A stretch of DNA of 63,699 nucleotides from Candidatus Heimdallarchaeota archaeon (GTDB lineage Archaea > Asgardarchaeota > Heimdallarchaeia > Heimdallarchaeales > Heimdallarchaeaceae): the NCBI GenBank assembly GCA_019057815.1, contig JAHLWR010000022.1, positions 1-63,699 of the forward strand. Direction: 5' to 3'. The notes under the pieces are model-generated. The model was not told the origin of the DNA and did not search any database. It saw only the letters and a program-made list of their open reading frames with translations. The position numbers and the translations under genes were made by a program. The stretch's first letter is position 1. Each line of letters starts with the position of its first letter. Shown one piece after another: positions 1 through 9,579 of this stretch.

Positions 1-166
1 AAACGCCAACTCCATCTGTTATAGATGCAGAAAGACCCGTGAGTGAAGTTGCAAAAGAAGCACCAACACCACCTGAACCAATATCCAAACCGGCACCAGA
101 AGTAAAAACGCCAACTCCATCTGTTATAGATGCAGAAAGACCCGTGAGTGAAGTTGCAAAGGAAGC
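1..166 (+). repeat. 105-bp-period in-frame direct repeat
   Basis: aaacgccaactccatctgttatagatgcagaaagacccgtgagtgaagttgcaaa occurs at 1 and at 106. Confidence 0.9.
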
Positions 167-368
167 TCCTGTATCTCCAATCCCTAAACCACCTACTGTC
201 GTTGATCAAGTGCAAGGTACTGACGATGTAGAAACGATTGTGCCTAAAACAGAAAAAATAGAGAGAACTGTTCCTGAAACGGAAAAACCAGCAGAATTAT
301 TTGAAGAAGCTGTCAACGGAGACAAATCTGAATTATTAAAAGCCTTAAAAAAGCTTGAAGACATATAA
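1..368 (+). CDS. 3' end of a Pro/Glu/Lys-rich low-complexity protein (5'-truncated by the window edge)
   Basis: Frame is open from the window start to TAA at 366-368; contains an internal 35-aa repeat (KTPTPSVIDAERPVSEVAKEAP). Confidence 0.7.
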   Translation, partial: TPTPSVIDAERPVSEVAKEAPTPPEPISKPAPEVKTPTPSVIDAERPVSEVAKEAPVSPIPKPPTVVDQVQGTDDVETIVPKTEKIERTVPETEKPAELFEEAVNGDKSELLKALKKLEDI

Positions 369-409
369 CTATCTCAACGTAAATTTCTTAAAGTGTTTAC
401 AAAGTTTGA

Positions 410-1438
410 GTGATGGTTAGTGCAATAGTAGTTTACATCACTACGTTTTTTGTTCCTCTTTTATTGAGCCTAGTGATTTTACCTTTTCATATACGTTTTA
501 TGAAGAAAAAGAAAATTGTGGGAACCGATATTCATAAAGAATCTCAACCAAAAGTTGCTGAAATGGGTGGAATAATAATTTTATTAGCAATGATTATCGG
601 ATCAATAATAGCAATTTTCATTGTATCTGACCCCTCAGATAAGTTGACAATTGGCATATTTTGTATCACAATCACGATTGCAGGGATAATTGGTTTAATA
701 GACGATTTCAAACCGCTTAGTGCAATTATTAAACCTATACTTTTGTTATTTGCGTCTATTCCACTTATTGTGTCAAAAAGATACATTCCAGAGCCCATGT
801 TACCATTTGTTGGGAAAATGAGATTAAATATAGTGTATTTAGCTCTACTTCCTTTTGTTGTATCTGTACCAGCAAATGCAGTAAATATGTTAGATGTCTT
901 CAATGGATCAATGGCAACAACCTCTATATTAGTTCTTATCGCGATTGCTATAGCTAGTGGGTTGATTTTTGGCTTTAATTTTACTGAATTAAATCTAACG
1001 TATGTGTTTTTGTTAATTACATTAGGAGCTTTACTAGCTTTCTGGTTCTTTAATAGATATCCAGCTAAAGTCTTTGCAGGTGACACAGGAAGTTTAACAA
1101 TAGGTGCAGCGATTGGTACAATTGCTGTTCTTGGGCAACTTGAGATAATAGTAATTATTGCAATGATACCTTTCATCATGAATGCTTTTGGGACTTTGAG
1201 TAGTGTGAAAGGATTAGTTGAAAGAAGAAAAATGCCAGCTAGACCTACTTCAATGACGAAAGATTGGAAATTACAAGCTAATCCAGATCCAAAAGCTCCA
1301 ATAACATTGGTCGGTATAGTCTTACAAAAAGGCCCTTTACGTGAAGATGATGTTGTTAAAAGTTTCAACATTCTTACAATACTTAGCTGTATATTAGCAA
1401 TAGTAACAGCAGTTTTGATTAGGGTGACGGTAAAATGA
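410..1438 (+). CDS. aglH: UDP-GlcNAc:dolichyl-phosphate GlcNAc-1-phosphotransferase (GPT/AglH; MraY-like family)
   Basis: Multi-TM protein with GxDxHK..P.VAEMGG, GLIDD, NAVNMLDVFNG and FNRYPAKVFAGDTGS motifs. Confidence 0.85.
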   Translation: MMVSAIVVYITTFFVPLLLSLVILPFHIRFMKKKKIVGTDIHKESQPKVAEMGGIIILLAMIIGSIIAIFIVSDPSDKLTIGIFCITITIAGIIGLIDDFKPLSAIIKPILLLFASIPLIVSKRYIPEPMLPFVGKMRLNIVYLALLPFVVSVPANAVNMLDVFNGSMATTSILVLIAIAIASGLIFGFNFTELNLTYVFLLITLGALLAFWFFNRYPAKVFAGDTGSLTIGAAIGTIAVLGQLEIIVIIAMIPFIMNAFGTLSSVKGLVERRKMPARPTSMTKDWKLQANPDPKAPITLVGIVLQKGPLREDDVVKSFNILTILSCILAIVTAVLIRVTVK

Positions 1439-1704
1439 AGTACTACAAAATAGCCCCTCGGTTAACTAGAATTTTAGGATTGGAGATATTTGTCTTTGTG
1501 AGTTTCCTAGCTATATGTGCTCTTATTAATTTAATAGCGGGTATTCAAATTGACACTACAACTTTCCTGAATTTTATTATCGGAGCAGGAAAAGTTGTCC
1601 TTAGTTTTGTTTTGGTAGGAACCTGGCTGAGTTTATGGTATTATTTGACTAAAAAACTTATTAAAGTTAAAAAGGAAGAGAATCTACCCATAAAAACAAA
1701 ATAA
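1435..1704 (+). CDS. small two-TM membrane protein
   Basis: ATGA overlap with upstream gene; two hydrophobic helices. Confidence 0.65.
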   Translation: MKYYKIAPRLTRILGLEIFVFVSFLAICALINLIAGIQIDTTTFLNFIIGAGKVVLSFVLVGTWLSLWYYLTKKLIKVKKEENLPIKTK

Positions 1705-1723
1705 TTGAAATATAGAAAAACTA

Positions 1724-2380
1724 CTACTGTTGAGATTGTAGCAGGTACACACGTTTCTTCAAACTATAATACTTTTTTGCAAACTCAAGACTCAAAATAT
1801 CATAATCTTCAAATTGTTGCTCTATTACAAAAAGCTGACCCTCAAGTCCTAAAATCTCATCATTTAAATGATTTTGTTTTTCTTGTTCAAGTACTTGAGT
1901 TGATGTTTTGCTTACCTTTCTAGACTTCATTTCCATTAATATGCCTCTTTTTTGCTTAAGAATTAAAGCTAACTGATCCTTTTGTTGAGATAGTGAATTG
2001 AACTGTGTTTGTGGATCAACCCAATCGTATTCTGCGCCTTTCATTCTTGGGGGAACCTTAGAGAATAGACGTCTAATTTCAACTATTACCTGGAAAAGAT
2101 GATACGAAGATCTCCATCTAGCAAGCATTCTCATATCAAGTAAACCAGTTTTATCGACATTTGGATGTGATATAGGAGTCAAAACATGTATAAGAGGAGC
2201 GCTAGCTGGAAAAGAGTCAAGTAATTGAATCTCAACATCAATAGCATACTCACCTTCGTCTATTCTAACTTGAATGAAACCTCTCCATCTGGTTAAATCT
2301 CCATCTTTGGGTTGAAAACCGTATGATCGTTCATATACAAATTGTGCTTCTTTGCTCAAGATACTATCAGGAATAGGCAT
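1724..2380 (-). CDS. UEV-domain ESCRT-I subunit (Vps23/TSG101-like)
   Basis: UBC fold (FPASAP..HPNVDKTG) lacking the catalytic Cys, W...F...PP end of UEV, coiled coil, C-terminal steadiness-box-like segment (ILSLEFAKKYYSLKKRVYLL). Confidence 0.75.
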   Translation of the reverse strand: MPIPDSILSKEAQFVYERSYGFQPKDGDLTRWRGFIQVRIDEGEYAIDVEIQLLDSFPASAPLIHVLTPISHPNVDKTGLLDMRMLARWRSSYHLFQVIVEIRRLFSKVPPRMKGAEYDWVDPQTQFNSLSQQKDQLALILKQKRGILMEMKSRKVSKTSTQVLEQEKQNHLNDEILGLEGQLFVIEQQFEDYDILSLEFAKKYYSLKKRVYLLQSQQ

Positions 2381-2501
2381 TAGTAATTTCCGCTCCTACG
2401 ATATTAATAACACAGTGTTGTATTTATATATTCTCTTTTAGTTTCTAAAAATTGGTTACTAAATCTGTAAATTTTTAAAGTTATAGAAAATTTCTCTAAT
2501 A

Positions 2502-4346
2502 ATGACGCGAATTGCAGTTATTAACAAAGAGAAGTGTCAACCTGAAAAATGTGGTCATTTGTGTTATAAAGTATGCCCTTCAGTTAGAGCTGGAAGAGAA
2601 ACAATATCTTTTGACCCACCAAATAATAAAGCCACAATTCATGAATCCTTATGTTCAGGGGTAGCTATATGCGTTAAAAAGTGCCCATTTAAGTGTATAA
2701 CCGTTATTAATCTTCCAGAAGAACTTGAAAAAGAAACTACACATCGCTATGGTATCAACTCGTTTAAGTTATACAGATTGCCTATGCCCAGAATTGGACA
2801 AGTAATGGGATTAGTGGGGCAAAATGGTTCTGGAAAATCAACTACTCTCAATATTCTAAAAGGCAAGATTCGTCCTAACCTAGGGAGATATGATGACCCT
2901 CCTGAATGGGATGATGTTATTGAACATTACAGAGGAACATTAGCTCAAACTTACTTTCAGAAATTGGTTAATGAAGAATTTCGAATAGTTTTAAAACCTC
3001 AAAGCGTTGATCAACTACCTCGCGTCATTAAAGGAAATGTTTCAGATCTCCTTACTAAAGTGGATGAAAGAGGAATAAAAGACGAACTGATTGAATCATT
3101 CTCATTAAAAGAAGTATTGAATCAAAATATCAATAAACTGAGTGGTGGAGAACTACAAAGATTAGCTATCGCAGCAACCGTTGCTCGTGATGCTAAGGTT
3201 TATCTTTTTGATGAACCCACATCTTACTTAGATGTACAAGAGAGAGTAAAAATTTCTCAATACATTAATGAAATGAAATCACCTAAACGAACAATTATAG
3301 TAGTAGAACACGATCTTGCAATGCTCGACTACCTAAGTGATCAAGTACATATGTATTATGGAGTTGCAGGAGCTTATGGGATAGTTAGTCATCCATTTTC
3401 AGTTAGAGATGGCATTAATATCTTCTTAGATGGTTATATACCTTCTGAAAACATGCGATTCAGACCAGAACCGATAATCTTCAAAAAGGCAAGTTTTGAT
3501 GATAGAGCCACTTCACATCGATTGGCTATAAAATTTGGAGATATGACAAAAGAATTTGACTCTTTTAGTTTATCTGTGAAAGGTGGAGAACTGTTTAAAG
3601 GAGAAGTTGTTGGGATTATAGGGCCAAACGGTATAGGAAAAACAACTTTTGTAAAAATGTTAGCAAATGTTTTGAAACCAACAACTATATCAGAAAAAGT
3701 TCAACTCTTGACAAATATTTCAGATGAAGGAGATGTACACGAAAAAGATACAAAAACAGATTTTAGACTACTTATAAGTTATAAACCACAATATTTGTAT
3801 ACAGAATCTGAAGAAATTGTTGAAGAATATCTGCGAGACATAAATCCTGTAATGTTATCCAGTGCTTGGCATAAAAGCGAAATTTTAACACCATTAAACA
3901 TTACAAGGCTGCTTGATTCAAAACTCAATAGTTTATCAGGAGGAGAACTTCAGAGAGTTGCTATTACAGCTTGCTTAGCAAGAAAATCTCATTTGTATTT
4001 GCTTGATGAACCATCTGCTTACATTTCGTCAGAAGATCGTGTTACAGTTGCTAAAGTTATCAAAAGAGTAACTAATCATTATGAAATGCCAGCTATAGTT
4101 GTAGAGCACGATGTAATGATGTTAAATTTCCTAAGTGATAGACTAATAGTTTTTGAAGGAAAACCAGGAATAAGTGGAAGAAGTTCAAAAATAATGTCAT
4201 TACAAGTAGGAATGAATGATTTTCTCAGAAAAATGAGTGTAACATTTCGCCAAGATCCAAAAACATTACGTCCCAGGGTAAACAAAAAAGATTCACAACG
4301 AGATAAAAAACAAAAAGCAGAAGGAAAATATTTTGTTATTGCATAA
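2502..4346 (+). CDS. rli1: ribosome recycling ATPase ABCE1/Rli1
   Basis: N-terminal Fe-S domain; two ABC domains (GQNGSGKST, GPNGIGKTT, LSGGELQR twice); C-terminal RPRVNK..S..D..QK. Confidence 0.97.
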   Translation: MTRIAVINKEKCQPEKCGHLCYKVCPSVRAGRETISFDPPNNKATIHESLCSGVAICVKKCPFKCITVINLPEELEKETTHRYGINSFKLYRLPMPRIGQVMGLVGQNGSGKSTTLNILKGKIRPNLGRYDDPPEWDDVIEHYRGTLAQTYFQKLVNEEFRIVLKPQSVDQLPRVIKGNVSDLLTKVDERGIKDELIESFSLKEVLNQNINKLSGGELQRLAIAATVARDAKVYLFDEPTSYLDVQERVKISQYINEMKSPKRTIIVVEHDLAMLDYLSDQVHMYYGVAGAYGIVSHPFSVRDGINIFLDGYIPSENMRFRPEPIIFKKASFDDRATSHRLAIKFGDMTKEFDSFSLSVKGGELFKGEVVGIIGPNGIGKTTFVKMLANVLKPTTISEKVQLLTNISDEGDVHEKDTKTDFRLLISYKPQYLYTESEEIVEEYLRDINPVMLSSAWHKSEILTPLNITRLLDSKLNSLSGGELQRVAITACLARKSHLYLLDEPSAYISSEDRVTVAKVIKRVTNHYEMPAIVVEHDVMMLNFLSDRLIVFEGKPGISGRSSKIMSLQVGMNDFLRKMSVTFRQDPKTLRPRVNKKDSQRDKKQKAEGKYFVIA

Positions 4347-4395
4347 ATTACTCCAATCTAAAGGAGGGACACTTCTGCCATGTTCTGTTGAAGCA

Positions 4396-4836
4396 TTACG
4401 ATACATTCTTTAAATGTTCAAACCATTCAGGAAGTTTGATTTTGTCAAGTGATACACTTTCTCCTGGGAGATAAGGCTTAATATCTAATACTGGTGTTCC
4501 ATCTATTGCATCAATTCGATCTATGTATAATCTATTGTTTTTAACTTTAACTAGTTCAACCTTAGTTAATCCAATTGGATTGGGTCTTGCGGGACTACGA
4601 CAAGAAAATACTCCAGTTTCAACTGATTTTTCTAGTTTTGGGGGAGTTACCAATAATAGAGTTCTATCTTGTGGATTATCTCTCAAAGAAATCCACCATA
4701 TAACAAAAATATGACTAAATTTCTCAATGTGTCTTAAACCAGAGACATATGGTTTAAATATTTCAACATAGCAAGCATCTTGCTCTATTCTTACTACACC
4801 AATTTGGTGAACGCCAAAAGAAGCCATTGTAATCAT
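4396..4836 (-). CDS. trmO: tRNA (t6A37-N6) methyltransferase TrmO/YaeB family
   Basis: GVFSCRSPARPNPIGL and DAIDGTPVLDIKPY signatures; start moved to ATG at 4836. Confidence 0.9.
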   Translation of the reverse strand: MITMASFGVHQIGVVRIEQDACYVEIFKPYVSGLRHIEKFSHIFVIWWISLRDNPQDRTLLLVTPPKLEKSVETGVFSCRSPARPNPIGLTKVELVKVKNNRLYIDRIDAIDGTPVLDIKPYLPGESVSLDKIKLPEWFEHLKNVS

Positions 4837-4981
4837 AAACTGTAGGGTGGCATAACATTTGAAGTTTTCTCTTAATACGATTTTAACAAAAAACAACTTA
4901 AATCATAAGCTTTAAAATTCAACGTTTGAATAGCCATTAACTACCTAGCGAGATGTCCAATCGGGAATCGTTGGTGATTGT

Positions 4982-5611
4982 ATGACAAAGAGTATGTACA
5001 AATATATAGGAGAATTCTGGAGAAATAATAAAAGTCCAGAATTTAAAGAGTTGATGCGTTCTCGTATCATTCAATGGCGAAGGGAAGAGACTATTGAAAG
5101 AGTTGAACGCCCAACAAGAATAGATAGAGCTCGTTCTTTAGGATATAAAGCTAAGCAAGGTTATGTTGTTATTAGATCTAGAGTTAGAAAAGGTGGTCGC
5201 AGAAAACAACGCCCAGTCAGAGGTAGAAAAAGTAGGAACATGGGTGTAAACAAAATAACCCCAAAGAAGAGCATCAAACTCATTGCTGAAGAAAGAGCAG
5301 CAAGAAAATATTCTAACCTTGAAGTACTAAATAGTTATTGGGTAGGTCAAGATGGGCGACACAAGTGGTTTGAAATAATTATGATTGACCCACAACATCC
5401 TGCTGTAGCAAGGGATCCACGAACAAGCTGGATATCAACATATGAATACCGTGGTGACAAGAAAGTTTACCTTAAGAATCCTACACATAGAGGAAGAGTT
5501 CATCGTGGATTAACAAGCTCAGGTAAAAAAATGAGAGGTCAACGAAAGAAAGGGATTGGAACTGAGAAAAATCGTCCATCACTCAGGAGACATAAACGTA
5601 GAGGAAATTAA
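4982..5611 (+). CDS. rpl15e: 50S ribosomal protein L15e
   Basis: [39 protein letters not shown] motifs. Confidence 0.97.
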   Translation: MTKSMYKYIGEFWRNNKSPEFKELMRSRIIQWRREETIERVERPTRIDRARSLGYKAKQGYVVIRSRVRKGGRRKQRPVRGRKSRNMGVNKITPKKSIKLIAEERAARKYSNLEVLNSYWVGQDGRHKWFEIIMIDPQHPAVARDPRTSWISTYEYRGDKKVYLKNPTHRGRVHRGLTSSGKKMRGQRKKGIGTEKNRPSLRRHKRRGN

Positions 5612-5654
5612 AATCCTCAATTTTCCAACTTTTTTATCTTGGTGTTAATAACAA

Positions 5655-6110
5655 ATGAGTGTAACTATATCTAGAATTACAGTAACTTTCACTATTCACG
5701 CAACAGAGGATATGAAAAATAATTTACTTGCTCTGTACTCTTTAATCCCAGAAAAATCCTTAGAAGAGTCTGAATACATAGAAGATCAGCTTGAAGGAGG
5801 ATATGGGAATAGGATTAGTTTTATCCAATATTCTACTAGACATAAGAAAAACATCAACTTAATTATGAAAAACATTTCGAAAAAAATACCACTTGAAGAA
5901 AAAAAGAACTTGTTTTTGGATTTTAAAAATCGGTTTGAACCAGAGAAGAAAAACTTTTACATTCGCTTTGATAAGGAAAAAGCTTTCCAAAAGCGATTTG
6001 TTATAACTAATTCCTCAAATGCAATAAAAGTAACAATAAAACTTAATAGTTATTCAAAGGATTCAGACTTTAAAACCTTTTTAGCAGACCAAGGCATCAT
6101 TGTTGATTGA
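5655..6110 (+). CDS. putative RNA-binding protein (COG1325-type, exosome/RNase P superoperon-associated)
   Basis: HATED, GGYGNRI and FYIRFDKEKA motifs; adjacent to rpl15e. Confidence 0.75.
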   Translation: MSVTISRITVTFTIHATEDMKNNLLALYSLIPEKSLEESEYIEDQLEGGYGNRISFIQYSTRHKKNINLIMKNISKKIPLEEKKNLFLDFKNRFEPEKKNFYIRFDKEKAFQKRFVITNSSNAIKVTIKLNSYSKDSDFKTFLADQGIIVD

Positions 6111-6268
6111 AATTAAGCATAAAAAAGAAAAATTTAAAACACGTACCTCATAAAACATCCAGAGGTTAAAAGGATGGGTCGTGAAATTTGTTAATTGTGG
6201 AAAACCTTTTCTAAAACGATCCATTGATTGCAATAATTATCTTTGTAGGATTTTTTCCGGAGATGAGA

Positions 6269-9200
6269 ATGATGGATGAAAACAAAGTTTTCAAACCAGT
6301 AAAAAACATGCCAAATTTCGCTAAAGAAGAAGAGAAGATATTAGATTTCTGGGAGAAAAAAGATATCTTTGGTAAAGCTCAAGAAATAAATAAAGGTAAA
6401 AAACTCTTCCGCTGGTTGGAGGGGCCTCCAACAGCTAATGGTCTCCCTCACATGGGTCATGTTCTTACTCGAGCTATTAAAGATGTCTTCCTCCGTTATA
6501 AATTGATGACTGGTCATAATATCGTCCCATGGATAGCAGGTTTTGATACGCACGGGTTACCCATTGAAAGAGAAGTTGAGAAAGATTTAGGAATTAAGAA
6601 TAAGCAAGAAATCGAAAATTATGGAATAAAGGAATTCAACCTAAAATGCAAAGAATCGGTTTTCAAGTATTTAACTGCATGGGAAAAAATGTCAAAAAGA
6701 GTGGGTTTCTGGGTTGATTTGGATCGCCCCTATATTACTATGGATGAGACTTATATCGAATCTGTTTGGTGGTCTCTTAAGCAAATCTGGGATAAAGGGT
6801 TAATATATTTAGGACACAAAGTTGTTCCTTATTGTACACGTTGTGGAACCCCTCTTTCTACACATGAAGCAGGTCAGGGTATGAGAGAAACTACTGATCC
6901 TTCTATTTACATTAAATTTAAATCCCTAGATTTTGAAGATACATATTTTCTTGTTTGGACTACCACCCCATGGACATTAATCAGCAATATTTGTCTTTCT
7001 GTTCATCCTGATATTGATTATATTACAGTCGAATATGGAGGAGAAAAACTGATTTTAGCTGAAATCATTGCACAAAGTTTGCTTAAAGATTATAAAATCA
7101 TTAAAAAATTCAAAGGGAAAGATCTTGAAAATAAGCGTTATGAACAACTCTTCCAATTTATTAAGCCTAAAGATGACGCCTTTTATGTTACACTAGCTGA
7201 TTACGTAACTACAATAGATGGAAGCGGAATTGTACATTCCGCTCCAGCTTTTGGTGAAGATGATGCTGAAACGGGAAGAAAATATGGATTACCAACTATC
7301 AATCCTGTCTTGGAAGATGGTTCTTTTGATGAAAGAATAGTGGATTTTGCTGGATTACACGTTAAGAAAGCGGATCCCAAAATAATACAGAATCTGAAAA
7401 ATAGGGGTTTATTGTTTAAACAAGCAAAATATAAACATACATACCCATTTTGTCCCCGATGTGATAGCCCTCTTCTTTACTATTCAACGCCTACTTGGTA
7501 CATCAAAATGACCGAAATGCGCGAAAAGTTATTAGCAAATAATGAACAAATCAAGTGGAAACCTGAACATCTTAAACATGGACGCTTTGGTAATTTTATC
7601 GATGGTGTTCGTGATTGGGCTCTTTCGCGTAATCGTTACTGGGGAACACCTTTACCTATTTGGGAATGCTCTAACGGTCATATAACATTTGTGGGAAGTC
7701 AAAACGAATTAGCAGATTTCTATGGAAAACCATTTAGTGAGGATTTTAGTCTGCACCGTCCTTGGGTTGATGAGATTACTTTCAAGTGCCCAAAATGTGA
7801 AAAAATAGCTTCTAGAGTTCCTTATGTCATTGATTGTTGGTATGATTCCGGATCTGCCCCATTTGCTCAATATCACTATCCTTTTGAAAACAAAGAATTG
7901 TTTGAAGAACATTACCCTTTTGATTTTATTACAGAAGCTATGGATCAGACAAGAGGGTGGTTCTATACTTTATTAGCTATTAGCACTGTTCTTTTTGATA
8001 AACCTGCTTACCTTAGTTGCCTTACTATGGGGCTTGTTCTTGATGAAAAAGGTTTGAAAATGAGTAAAAGCAAAGGAAACTATGTAAACCCTGATGAAAT
8101 ATTTAATATTCATGGAGCGGACGCAACACGATGGTACTTGCTCTCCAACCCTACATGGTCAAATACTCGTTTTTCTGAAAGGTTAGTCCAAGAAGCACTT
8201 AAGAAATTCATTCTTACTTTATGGAATTCTTATTACTTTTTTGTACAAAATGCAAACATAGATCAATTTAATCCTAAGTCATTTATCATTCCACTGAAAG
8301 AGAGACCTGAGCTTGACCGTTGGATAATATCAGAACTAAATTACTTGATCAAGTTAAATTATGTGTCTTTGGATGACTTTTCAGTCCATCTGTCAATTCA
8401 AGCGTTTGATAAGTTTGTTTTAGATAAGTTTTCAAACTGGTATTTACGTCAATCAAGAAGAAGATTCTGGAGAGAAGATTTAGATAACGATAAAAGATCT
8501 GCTTTTATAACAACTTACGAGGTTTTGATCACTCTAACTAAACTTCTAGCTCCATTTATCCCGTTTATTTCTGAACAGCTCTATCAGAATCTAGCTTGCC
8601 AAGTCGATATTACTCTACCGAAGAGTGTTCATTTATGTGATTATCCAAAATTCAAACAGAAGAATGTTCAAAAACAACTATCGACTGATATGAACATTAT
8701 TCTTGCATTGGTAACAGCTGGCAGGAGTTTAAGAATCAATGCTAATATAAAAATGCGCCAACCTCTGTCTGAATTAGTTATTATAACTCCAATTGGAAAA
8801 GAACAAATTTTGTACAAATATCAATCAGTCTTACGCGATGAATTGAATGTTAAAGAGGTCATCATAGAAGAAAGTTCAGAAGAACTCGTTAGTTACATTA
8901 TAAAACCGAATTTCAAAGTTCTAGCTAAGAAAGTAAGAGGAGCGATAAATAAAATCAAATCATATCTAGAGAGCCTGAATTCAGATATTTCAAGAGATTA
9001 TGTCCTAAAAATAGTTGCTGGTGAAAGCTTCAATATCGAGGTAGAAGGAAACATATACGAATTGTCACCGGAAGATATAATATATCAAATTAAAGTTTCA
9101 GAAGGATTTGAGGGTGAAGAAGTAGAAGGATATCAAATACTCCTCAACACAGAAATTTCTGAAGAGTTGAAGCAAGAGGGCTATGTCAGAGATGTTATAA

Positions 9201-9427
9201 GAAGAATTCAAACTATGCGAAAAGAGATGAAATTGGAATACACCCAACAAATTAAGGTAGAACTTAAGTGTGATGAATTCGGTAGTACTTCAATAAGCAA
9301 TTTCAAGGAATTCCTGATGGAGGAAACCTTAACAAAAGAAATTTCTTTCAATCAACCTGAAAAAGGACATATTAGAGAGTGGGATTTTGATAAATATAAA
9401 ATAGTAATAGGAATTCAAAAACGCTAA
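6269..9427 (+). CDS. ileS: isoleucyl-tRNA synthetase (archaeal/eukaryal type)
   Basis: GPPTANGLPHMGH, WTTTPWT, DWALSRNRYWG, KMSKS; start placed at an ATG after GGAG (6263/6269/6272 all possible). Confidence 0.97.
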   Translation: MMDENKVFKPVKNMPNFAKEEEKILDFWEKKDIFGKAQEINKGKKLFRWLEGPPTANGLPHMGHVLTRAIKDVFLRYKLMTGHNIVPWIAGFDTHGLPIEREVEKDLGIKNKQEIENYGIKEFNLKCKESVFKYLTAWEKMSKRVGFWVDLDRPYITMDETYIESVWWSLKQIWDKGLIYLGHKVVPYCTRCGTPLSTHEAGQGMRETTDPSIYIKFKSLDFEDTYFLVWTTTPWTLISNICLSVHPDIDYITVEYGGEKLILAEIIAQSLLKDYKIIKKFKGKDLENKRYEQLFQFIKPKDDAFYVTLADYVTTIDGSGIVHSAPAFGEDDAETGRKYGLPTINPVLEDGSFDERIVDFAGLHVKKADPKIIQNLKNRGLLFKQAKYKHTYPFCPRCDSPLLYYSTPTWYIKMTEMREKLLANNEQIKWKPEHLKHGRFGNFIDGVRDWALSRNRYWGTPLPIWECSNGHITFVGSQNELADFYGKPFSEDFSLHRPWVDEITFKCPKCEKIASRVPYVIDCWYDSGSAPFAQYHYPFENKELFEEHYPFDFITEAMDQTRGWFYTLLAISTVLFDKPAYLSCLTMGLVLDEKGLKMSKSKGNYVNPDEIFNIHGADATRWYLLSNPTWSNTRFSERLVQEALKKFILTLWNSYYFFVQNANIDQFNPKSFIIPLKERPELDRWIISELNYLIKLNYVSLDDFSVHLSIQAFDKFVLDKFSNWYLRQSRRRFWREDLDNDKRSAFITTYEVLITLTKLLAPFIPFISEQLYQNLACQVDITLPKSVHLCDYPKFKQKNVQKQLSTDMNIILALVTAGRSLRINANIKMRQPLSELVIITPIGKEQILYKYQSVLRDELNVKEVIIEESSEELVSYIIKPNFKVLAKKVRGAINKIKSYLESLNSDISRDYVLKIVAGESFNIEVEGNIYELSPEDIIYQIKVSEGFEGEEVEGYQILLNTEISEELKQEGYVRDVIRRIQTMRKEMKLEYTQQIKVELKCDEFGSTSISNFKEFLMEETLTKEISFNQPEKGHIREWDFDKYKIVIGIQKR

Positions 9428-9512
9428 TTTTACCTATTCTTTTTTTTGTTAAATTCATGAGTTTACAAACACCTACAAGAAAAGTGTTAAAAATCTCTGT
9501 CGTTAAGGAGAC

Positions 9513-9579
9513 ATGTGGCAATGATTTGACCGCTCCAGTCTGAATTTTGATGAACTCACGACGAAATGAGCCACCACAT
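9513..9579 (+). ncRNA. box C/D methylation-guide sRNA (snoRNA-like)
   Basis: Terminal stem GTGGC(9515-19)/GCCAC(9570-74), 3-nt bulge, C box ATGATTT (9521-27), D' CTGA (9540-43), C' TTGATGA (9547-53), D ATGA (9566-69); two 12-nt guides; TATA-like TTAAAAA at 9487-93. Confidence 0.85.

Noticed and set aside
544-1371. 275-aa antisense ORF, and similar shadow ORFs (e.g. 42918-43319, 50038-50523, 54906-55385, 51033-51425)
   Set aside because: They lie opposite well-supported genes and have no motifs, as expected from codon bias
6180-6225. T-box riboswitch upstream of ileS
   Set aside because: No GGUGGNACC antiterminator bulge or recognisable stem I/specifier loop; kept only as a generic structured leader
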